Below are positions 25,323 through 33,189 of a stretch of 64,000 nucleotides of DNA, in pieces. Location: NCBI GenBank assembly GCA_039030315.1, contig JBCCEL010000001.1:9714-73713 (forward strand), written 5' to 3'. The position numbers and the translations under genes are program-made. Within the stretch, counting starts at the first letter, position 1, and every line of letters starts with the position of its first letter. This stretch comes from Pseudomonadota bacterium (GTDB lineage: Bacteria > Pseudomonadota > Alphaproteobacteria > Rhizobiales > CAJQND01). The notes beneath the pieces are model-generated. The model was not told where the DNA came from and searched no databases. It was given only the letters and a program-made list of their open reading frames with translations.

Positions 25323-28083
25323 AACAATTGGCGTCGTCGCGCCGGATCAACACTAGATCGCCCTTGAGATCGTTCGCAATTCCCTGCGAGAGAAACAACC
25401 CTTGCCCGCCGCCTTGAGACTTTGTCGTCGCGCCCATGTTGAAAATTCTGCGGACAAGATCGGGGTCAATCTCATTTCCGTTGTCACACACCGCGCAGCC
25501 TTCTTTTCCGTCGGGCAACCCCTCAAACCAGATGAGGGTCGCTCCGTTTTCCTTGCCGTGAATGAGCGCGTTGTCCAGTAGATTAAACAGGACATAGCTT
25601 GCGAGCTTCGGATCGGTATACGCTTCGATTTCTTCCGAGCGTGTCTCAACACGAAGACCTGCTGCTTTTATCCTCGGTTGCATATCTTCGACGACGGCTC
25701 GCCACAAGCCGACGAGGTCGCACGTGTCATACTCCGGACTCTTAAGCAGCACGCGGGATTTGTCGAAATCCTCCTGTGCAGTTCGCACCCGCTCAACGAC
25801 CTCGTCCAGAATGTCACTGTCAGCATCCTTCGCCCTTCTGCCGAGGTCGACCGCGTTGTAGATGGAAGCGAGCTGGCTGGCGATGGAATGACGTACTTGC
25901 GAGTAGACCCGTCCGGCGCGCGCTTCAATGCGGGCGGCCGTCAGCGCCTCGCCATAGTTGTGGATTTCGGCGAACGTGGTGCTGTAGATCGTGTTGAGGA
26001 ATGTCGAGTAGTCGGAAAACACCTGCACGAAGTGACCAGGGATGGGGCTTGGATGCTCAAAGAGCAGCATCAGCGCCCGCGTTTTCTGCGCGTCTGGCTC
26101 GCCAAAGAGCACAACCACATGAGATAGTGTCGGGCGTCCTCGGGGACGCAGCAGTCCATCACCATCATCGGTCACGCCAAGCTGATTGCCGTGGCTGACG
26201 AAAATGACTTCATTTGTCTTGGCATCAAGGCAGGACTTGAGAAATGTTTCCTGCCAACGCGTGCTGATATGATGATTCATGCCTTCAAGTGTATCGAGCG
26301 GGCGCCGGTTGATTTTGTTGCCGCAATCGTCGCCCTCCCACGCCTTGACAATCTGCCAGGGGTCATCTGAGACTTCCTGCGCCTCGAACAGCAGGAAGTC
26401 GGAGAACCCGCATAGCTCGTAAAGGATCTTTGCTCCCCGATTCAGAAGCGCATCCGGATCTGACGGCTCGCTCGCGGCCGGGTTGACCGCGAGAGATGTG
26501 AGCTGCGCAAGCTGTGTCATGAAACGCTGACTGCGGTGGTTCAACACAGCCGCGGCAGCCGCGCCCGCTACCGCCTCAACAATCGAGACATCGGCTTGCT
26601 TGTATGCGTCCTTGAGGCCCGTTTCCAGATTGATTGCCCCGATCGCGGCACCGTCATAGACAAGAGGAACATTGATGTAAGAGTGTATTTTTATACGCGT
26701 GGTCGGCTTGAATTTCTTGTCACACTCTTCCGGGTCGAGGCTGGTTTTCGTCTGTTTCGATATGATCGCACGCGAGTAGACGCAATCCTCATTCACGCTG
26801 ATCGGCTTGACCCCGTGTTCTTCAAGCAGTCCGATCTTCGATCGTTCCGCTTCTCCCCAGCGGGCGAGCATACCGGTTCCACGCAGGAACAGCCGGGCGG
26901 TGGTTTTCGTCTTGTGCCCGCGAAACTCCAGGGACTCCTGGATCTGGGTGTGGAGAAAATCGCAAAGGCTGGCAGTTATCTGGGCGGTTGAGCTTGCCCT
27001 CAAGACAGTGCCGATTGCATCTGTGAGTGCCTCGAGCCGTTCGTTGGTTCGCTGCGTTGCAAGTGCCAGTCTCAGAAGAACAGCGGCGTGATGCAGGTTT
27101 CGCGCATCGCTTTCGAAAAATTTCCGGTCTTCAGGTTTCCGGTAAGCAGTGAGCAGCGCGATCACGCCTCCGCCCAACGTGCTGCCAACCCGCGCCGCGA
27201 TGGCGTGATGTCCCAGCATTCCTGGTCTGGCACCGACTTGTTTTTCGGTCAGCTCGTTTAGAAACTGCCAGCTGTCTGCGTTGGGCTTGGAGCTGAACAC
27301 AAGCTCCTTCTGGAAATCCGGCGAGTTATCGAGGTTCAGCTTCTCGCCAGCCTCGAACAGTCCGTCGTCCATGGCAATGGCATCCAGAGTGTCCCCGCGC
27401 AGCTCCCTGAAGTACCAGGCAGAAATACCGTAGTGGTCCCGAAGCAAACTTCCCAGACGCTCTGCCGCCTCCCGAACGCCGAGACCGCCGTCAAGAGCGA
27501 CCGACAATTCCTTCTGGCAATCGGTCCAGAACATTTCCCGGGCCTGAGTCTGAAGATCCGGCAAGTCCGTCCGAAACTTCCGGATCGCCGCGCGTCCGGT
27601 CAGCTCGAACTTGCCCATAATCCTTGTTTCGTGGGTGGTTGCCGTTTGCTCCAGGAAGAAACTTTCAATTGCCGTGATTATGGCGATGGGCTGGTATTTG
27701 AGACCGGGCAGTTCGCGAATTCGTCTGGCCAACTCGACACCGTTGCCCTGATCCTTCAGCAACCCGTCTATGTAAATCGCTTCAAATGGCTCCTGCTCGG
27801 AAATCCAGTTGATACAGTCCGACAACCTGGCCCCACGTCTGGATGCGACTCTGAAAAAATAGAAACACGCGCGCAGCTCTGTCTGGAATGAGGAATACTT
27901 TTCCTCCGATTTCCGGAAATCGTTGATGATATCGCTTCTGTCGTCGATAACCAGAATACGCGTGCCGGTGGTGGATGTGCCTTTGATCGGGCCAAACACT
28001 TCCTCGCCATCAACGACGTCCTCCTCCCCGCGGATACCGCGAAGAAGCCTCTCAAATTCCGCCTCCCGGTTGCCCTGGTTCAT
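25306..28083 (-). CDS. hybrid sensor kinase: N-terminal REC-like domain, GAF-type sensor region(s), HisKA/HATPase_c core
   Basis: REC-like: TRILVIDDRS, AIYIDGLL, IAIITA. Central GAF-like stretches (e.g. VPLVYDGAAIGAINLE). H-box candidate VRHSIASQL. N-box LFNLLDNALIHG. G-boxes VCDNGNEI and GGGQGLFL. No TM segment. ATG overlaps the upstream stop (ATGA at 28080..28083) with GAAGGTGA upstream. Confidence 0.85.
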   Translation of the reverse strand: MNQGNREAEFERLLRGIRGEEDVVDGEEVFGPIKGTSTTGTRILVIDDRSDIINDFRKSEEKYSSFQTELRACFYFFRVASRRGARLSDCINWISEQEPFEAIYIDGLLKDQGNGVELARRIRELPGLKYQPIAIITAIESFFLEQTATTHETRIMGKFELTGRAAIRKFRTDLPDLQTQAREMFWTDCQKELSVALDGGLGVREAAERLGSLLRDHYGISAWYFRELRGDTLDAIAMDDGLFEAGEKLNLDNSPDFQKELVFSSKPNADSWQFLNELTEKQVGARPGMLGHHAIAARVGSTLGGGVIALLTAYRKPEDRKFFESDARNLHHAAVLLRLALATQRTNERLEALTDAIGTVLRASSTAQITASLCDFLHTQIQESLEFRGHKTKTTARLFLRGTGMLARWGEAERSKIGLLEEHGVKPISVNEDCVYSRAIISKQTKTSLDPEECDKKFKPTTRIKIHSYINVPLVYDGAAIGAINLETGLKDAYKQADVSIVEAVAGAAAAAVLNHRSQRFMTQLAQLTSLAVNPAASEPSDPDALLNRGAKILYELCGFSDFLLFEAQEVSDDPWQIVKAWEGDDCGNKINRRPLDTLEGMNHHISTRWQETFLKSCLDAKTNEVIFVSHGNQLGVTDDGDGLLRPRGRPTLSHVVVLFGEPDAQKTRALMLLFEHPSPIPGHFVQVFSDYSTFLNTIYSTTFAEIHNYGEALTAARIEARAGRVYSQVRHSIASQLASIYNAVDLGRRAKDADSDILDEVVERVRTAQEDFDKSRVLLKSPEYDTCDLVGLWRAVVEDMQPRIKAAGLRVETRSEEIEAYTDPKLASYVLFNLLDNALIHGKENGATLIWFEGLPDGKEGCAVCDNGNEIDPDLVRRIFNMGATTKSQGGGQGLFLSQGIANDLKGDLVLIRRDDANCFELRL

Positions 28084-29726
28084 GCGTCACCTTCAATTTT
28101 CGCAAACTTTGGAATGGTAAATCGAAATTTCACGGTTGCATCGGACAGGAGCCGCGATTCGGGCGCAAATCCGAACGAACCTCCCAAGTGTTGAGCAATC
28201 TGCCGGCACAAATACAGCCCCTGGCCGTGGCCGACTCCCATGGGCTTGCTCGTTATGCCCTTTTCAAAAATTCGGCTTGATATCTTAACAGGAATGTCGG
28301 GTCCGTCATTGGCAATGATGATGTAGATTTTGTCATCCTGCGAATAGGCTTCGATTGCGATTGTGTGCTTCGGGCCGGAGTCGTGCTCATTGACATCCGG
28401 AATGTCTTCCTTTGCGGCTCCTTGCTCCAGCTCCAGTGGCTTTTCAGCCTGAAGTGAAGGGTCTTCGATCGGGTCCGTTTGATCCGGCACACCATTCGAG
28501 TCAGGCTGTTGCAGGGTCGGCAGAATGGCCTCTAACGCGTTTATCACAACATTCATCACAACGTGCTCGATGTATCGGGCATCCGACACCACTTCGAGAT
28601 CATCCGGTATGTCGATCAGGAACTGAGAGCGGGCGCGGTCCAGGTTGTGCTGAAGAACGGTCTCGACTTCGCGAACCAACGAAAGCAGATCGATTTTGGT
28701 TGCCGGATTCCTGCGCTCGTAGTTCGTAAACGCATCGGTAGTTCTCTTCGCATGATCGATTCTGGTCCGGACGAAGTTAAGCTCTTGCGCGAGATGAAAA
28801 AGCTCTCCGTCGTTGGCCGCGAGAGCGGTATACAATTCTGCCAGAATTTCAGTTGTTCTGCTCAGAGACGACTCCATCAGGCTGAGACTGGTCCCAAGTT
28901 CATGGGTAATTGCACTCGGCGCCAGTCCGGACAACAGCTTCCTTTGGTCTTCTTCTACATGGTCGTGGAGAGATCGAACTCTGTGTTGGAGCAGGGTAAA
29001 AATGTCCGGGACCAGCTGAATAATGTCCCACTCCTGATGGGCCCCGAGAGGAAATGACTTCCCGCCTTCACCTGTGGGATAGAGTGCCAGCAGCGAACGC
29101 TCCGGCTCGCCGCTTTCCGACGCAGGCAGCGGAAGGGAGCAGAGCCAGAACTCTCCCTTGCCGTGCAGGTTGTCGAACTCGTCGGTGTACCGCATATCGT
29201 CGATCGCTCCGTATCCGGCGACGATGCTCCGCAATTCAAAATCATAGCTATGCCGGTGAACAAGCAGGCCGATCAGGAACCTGGACTTCTCTTGACCGCG
29301 CAAGGATTCGCGCAGGTTCTCCACCCGTTGCGGGTTCTTGCTGACCATGTATGGAGCGGTCAGCCCTCGGACTCGAACGCTTTTCTCCGGATACGCCTCC
29401 AGGACCAGAACGCTCCGATCGGAGGCGTCATCCTTAGCCAGCTCTGAAAACAGGCTAGAGAGGAACTGGTTTCGCGAAACCCCGCCCCGAATGGCCTCAA
29501 GCATCTGGCGAATTAACCGCAGGTACGAGGCTGCGGTCCGAGAAGTGGGATTGTGTTTGTCCTGTGATCCGGCGATCGCCTGGATCATTTCTCGCGTAGC
29601 CGTATCGGCGATTGCATCGATGGACTTTCCGCCAGATTGCGCCTGTCTCAGTGCGCTCAAGATTTGGCTTCTGACTTGCGTAGTGACGTTTTCGAGGCGT
29701 ACTTGGGCTTTGGTCTCTCTATTCAA
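28080..29726 (-). CDS. soluble sensor histidine kinase (first gene of the operon)
   Basis: H-box SAITHELGTSL. N-box MNVVINALEA. G1 IANDGPDI. G2 GVGHGQGLYL. No TM segment. The N-terminal 270 aa are unassigned. TTG start at 29726 preceded by AGGAGG. About 50 aa of acidic insertion sit between the N-box and G1. Confidence 0.85.
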   Translation of the reverse strand: MNRETKAQVRLENVTTQVRSQILSALRQAQSGGKSIDAIADTATREMIQAIAGSQDKHNPTSRTAASYLRLIRQMLEAIRGGVSRNQFLSSLFSELAKDDASDRSVLVLEAYPEKSVRVRGLTAPYMVSKNPQRVENLRESLRGQEKSRFLIGLLVHRHSYDFELRSIVAGYGAIDDMRYTDEFDNLHGKGEFWLCSLPLPASESGEPERSLLALYPTGEGGKSFPLGAHQEWDIIQLVPDIFTLLQHRVRSLHDHVEEDQRKLLSGLAPSAITHELGTSLSLMESSLSRTTEILAELYTALAANDGELFHLAQELNFVRTRIDHAKRTTDAFTNYERRNPATKIDLLSLVREVETVLQHNLDRARSQFLIDIPDDLEVVSDARYIEHVVMNVVINALEAILPTLQQPDSNGVPDQTDPIEDPSLQAEKPLELEQGAAKEDIPDVNEHDSGPKHTIAIEAYSQDDKIYIIIANDGPDIPVKISSRIFEKGITSKPMGVGHGQGLYLCRQIAQHLGGSFGFAPESRLLSDATVKFRFTIPKFAKIEGDA

Positions 29727-30207
29727 CTGACTGTTTGCCTCCTATGGTTGAAGGTAAATATCATGATACTTCAAAGTATACAATAAACTCCGCTCCGATT
29801 GCGGTCCACGGCGGCTGAAGCCTGCGTAGCTTGCGGCGAGAAGTCTGCCAAGCAACGATTCTCAGCACAAGCCGGGTTGTTTGACCAAATCAAGCCTACG
29901 AGGTTCTGCGATTCTGGGCGACCACATCGCAGAGGCAGGGGACGCAGAGGTATCTGTCCAATACTTGCTCCCGCTCTTGCGAGAGCGCACCATAGCACCG
30001 CAGAAGAGAACTTTGCGTCCCTGCACAAGACCGGATGATACACTCGAGTGCCAATGGATGTCCTGAGTATGCTCAACACGCCCGGCCAGTAGCGATAGAA
30101 AAAGAAACCCAAGTATCGGCTTTGCTCCTCAATGCGGCCGTCACGATTATGACGATGTCATCGTCGGTTGAAGTCCGATGCCGGGCAAAGCACTGGCGGC
30201 GAGCGTC

Positions 30208-30315
30208 CTAACGCAGTGCAAAGGCGAGCAGCGCTGCGGCTCCGAGCAGGTTGAGTGTCCAGAAGACCTCCTGGTGGCGGAGCCGGGCTCGGAGGCGTGA
30301 TACCACATCAGTCAT
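30208..30315 (-). CDS. possible 35-aa small membrane protein, translationally coupled to the ferric-reductase-like gene
   Basis: Hand-found; it is below the track length cutoff. ATG (30315..30313) overlaps the last codons of the upstream gene (TATGACTGA). Translation: MTDVVSRLRARLRHQEVFWTLNLLGAAALLAFALR, a basic N-terminus followed by one hydrophobic helix. No homology evidence. Confidence 0.25.
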   Translation of the reverse strand: MTDVVSRLRARLRHQEVFWTLNLLGAAALLAFALR

Positions 30316-31627
30316 ACTTAAACTTCTCGCTCAGGATTCGATGGCGTGAGACGCCCATCTTTATCAGCGCTTCTTCCACGCTATCCATCATTGGCGGCGG
30401 GCCGCACAACACATATAGCCAATCCCGTTTCGACGGGCCTGAGAACTCCCTGGCCAGAGGTGTCGCATCGACCATTCCTGTGTCGCCCGTCCAGTCCGTC
30501 TCCGGTTCTGAAAGCACATGAACAATTCGAGTGCCGTGCTTGGCCGATAGGCTCTCCAGTTCAGACGGATAAATGATCTGCTCCTTGCATCGGTTGCCAT
30601 AGATCAGAACCCAGGGGCGGTCGTCCCCGTCCGCCCGCAGTTGCCGCAGAATCCCAAGCAGGGGCGCGACACCGACGCCTCCCGCTATAAATGCAAGGCC
30701 CGGTTCCGCGCGTTCCTGCACCACAAGATTGCCGTGGGGGCCATCAATATAGGCCCTGGTCCCCGTCCTTATCGTGCCAACCGTGCGGGTGAAATCCCCG
30801 AGCTCCTTGATAACGAACTGGAGACCTGGTCCTGAAGCCGGCGCAGAGCTGATGGAGAAAGGGTTCTCCTGCAGCGAGAACGGGCTATGTCCCAGATTGA
30901 GCCAGGCGAATTGGCCAGCCTTGTACCGGAGTCCCGAGTGTCCCTCGGGTGCGACGGCCACCTCCCAGGTCTTCAGACCGACCGGCCGGACCGAGGTGAC
31001 GGTCCACGGCCGGTTTCTCCTCCGCAAAGGACCGATCAGATAGACGTAGACCACCGTGAGGCAGGCCAGGGCGAACATGACAGCCCAGAACAGAACCAAT
31101 GCGGGCACCTGGCTGTAGCGTCCGATGGTCAGACTGTGGTGCAGAACCAGAGCCGCAATCACAACCGCACCAAGTCCATGAGCCAGTCGCCAGCTCTCAT
31201 AGGTATAAGGAAGCTCGTCCCGTGCAATCGAAACCAGAACCAGCAGAGCCAGCAGCACCCAGGCGATGGTGCCCCCTGCCATCGCCAGCACATCGAACTG
31301 TAATGTCAGGCGCAGAGTTCCGTCCCAAGGCCTCGCGGACGCAAAGGGAGAGGCGTAGAGGAATGGATGAACCAACGCGAGAACCAGAAGCGAACGCGCA
31401 AACAGTTGATGCATACGCATCGTCACATCCATGCCGATTCGGGCCGACACCGTTCTGAATCGGCCGGACAGCACGAACTCGGCGAGCAGCGCGGAAAATG
31501 CCAGCATGCCCATGCCGGATGCCAGTTCATCGGGAACTGATCGCGGAGCGTATCCGCTCAACCAGGCAATGCCCAGCGGCGTCAACAAGACGATGACATA
31601 GAGGACAATCAGGGCTGGCGCATGCAC
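30308..31627 (-). CDS. ferric-reductase/NOX-like membrane flavoprotein (ferric reductase TM domain plus FAD- and NAD-binding domains)
   Basis: The N-terminal half has multiple TM helices with conserved His (MRMHQLF...LVHPFLY, AHGLGAVVIAALVLHHS). The C-terminal half is ferredoxin-reductase-like (RPVGLKTWEVAV..., LAFIAGGVGVAPLLGIL, CGPPPMMDSVEEAL). GTG start at 31627. Confidence 0.8.
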   Translation of the reverse strand: MHAPALIVLYVIVLLTPLGIAWLSGYAPRSVPDELASGMGMLAFSALLAEFVLSGRFRTVSARIGMDVTMRMHQLFARSLLVLALVHPFLYASPFASARPWDGTLRLTLQFDVLAMAGGTIAWVLLALLVLVSIARDELPYTYESWRLAHGLGAVVIAALVLHHSLTIGRYSQVPALVLFWAVMFALACLTVVYVYLIGPLRRRNRPWTVTSVRPVGLKTWEVAVAPEGHSGLRYKAGQFAWLNLGHSPFSLQENPFSISSAPASGPGLQFVIKELGDFTRTVGTIRTGTRAYIDGPHGNLVVQERAEPGLAFIAGGVGVAPLLGILRQLRADGDDRPWVLIYGNRCKEQIIYPSELESLSAKHGTRIVHVLSEPETDWTGDTGMVDATPLAREFSGPSKRDWLYVLCGPPPMMDSVEEALIKMGVSRHRILSEKFKYD

Positions 31628-31938
31628 TGTAGGCTATCCATCTTTCCCGATACCGGTTCTGGGCTTCGGCAGCGCGCTCCGGTAAAGCAGCACCTGGCGC
31701 ACCTGACCGGCCGGCAGGAAAAGTTCAGAAAGACTCTACGTGCCCATCGATCGTGCACATTGTTATCTCTCGTGTTTTCCGGACATTCATTGACCTGGCG
31801 CAAGACATCGTTGGCCAATCTCCCCTCACACTGACCCGTGCACGACAGATGAACGGCCTGAAGCGAACTACATGCCTGATGGCAGAACGGCACTTATCTG
31901 AACGGACATTGCGGCCTGCAGAGTTTGACCAAGGTCCA

Positions 31939-33189
31939 TCATCCGGGCGTTTCAGCAGGTTGCCGGGCTAACGGGAGTTCGGCATCGCAACGGTTTCCCC
32001 TCACCGCTAGTGCTTGCACGGCCTGGGCGATCACGACCTCTTGGTCTGTTGGAATGACAAGCACTTCAATGCTCGAGGACTCCGTGCTGATCCGGGCCGC
32101 ATGCGCGGTGTTCTTGTCGTTGTCGAGTTCCAGCCCTGTCCAGAAAAGTCGCTCACAGATGCGGCGGCACACCTCGGCCGAGTTTTCTCCGATACCGGCA
32201 GTGAAGACGATCGTATCAAGCCCGGCGAGTGCGGTTGCCAGCGAGCCGATGTTCCCGGCCGCAGTATAACGATACAATTCAAGGGCTTCCCGGGCGCGAG
32301 GTTCGGTGCTGTGCTCAAGGTCTTTGACGCTGTTGGAGATGCCGGAAACGCCGAGAAGTCCGGATTCCTGATAGAGCATCCGCCAAACCTCGTCCGTGCT
32401 CACGCCGCGTTCCTGCAGCAGGTGAAGCACAATCCCGAGATCGATCGATCCGCAACGCCTGGCCATCATAAGCCCGTCCAGAGCGGTAAAGCCCATGGTC
32501 GTGGCGACGCTCTTCCGCTCCTTCATGGCGCACATGCTCGCTCCATTGCCGAGATGCGCCACGATATCCCGGCCATCTGCGCTGGTGCCTATTTGCGCAG
32601 GCGGTGCGCTGGCGATGTATTCGTAGGACAGTCCGTGAAAGCCGAAACGGATCATGCCCTCGTCGCTCACGCAATGCGGAATTGCAATGAGCTGTGCCAG
32701 TCGCGGCTGGGTGCGCTGAAAGCTGGTGTCGAAACAGGCGATTTGGGGAACACGCGGATACTTTTCCGCAATCGCCTTTATTGCCGCCAGATTGTGCGGT
32801 TGCTGCAGCGGTGCCAGCGGAACCAGTTGCTCCAGATCTGTAAGGACCTGGGCGTTGATGAGAACGGGCGCTGTCTAGCGCAGTCCTCCGTGCACCACGC
32901 GGTGACCGATCGCCACCATCTCCATCCCGCCATTGTGGTCCTCGATCCATTCAAACAGGCGCAGGATCAACGCCGCATGGGCTGCGTCCGGCTGAATGTT
33001 CTCCAAGCCGTCCTCAACCAGCAAATGGCCGTCGGCGCCTCGCGCCACGAAGTCCGGTGCTCGCCCGATCCCGCCAATCTCGCCACGCATCGGCGGCTTC
33101 TCTTCGATGTGATCTGGTGGGAACAGGGCGGACTTGATGCTTGACGACCCGGAATTCAAAACCAGCGTGGCCTGCGGCGCGGCCGTCAA
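31939..33189 (-). pseudogene. ackA: acetate kinase interrupted by a single in-frame TAG
   Basis: Two track ORFs (32875..33315 and 31939..32670) are in the same frame. Read-through gives LVLNSGSSSIK...GHRVVHGGLR*TAPVLINAQVLTDLEQLVPLAPLQQPHNL...CFDTSFQRT...RFGFHGLSYEYI...TAGIGENS, colinear with AckA. The stop (32875..32877) sits where E. coli AckA has Tyr (HGGEKYTSS). The likely TTG start at 33189 overlaps the phaC stop (TTGA). Confidence 0.8.

Noticed and set aside
21652-29726. The operon as an ordinary two-component regulatory system, or as canonical Detocs.
   Set aside because: It is not an ordinary system: no protein has an HTH or other transcriptional output, and both kinases are soluble. 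It is not canonical Detocs as I recall it: there is no stand-alone buffer REC and no PNP-type effector, while an extra hybrid kinase and a KAP NTPase are present. It is therefore reported as a related-logic but distinct candidate.
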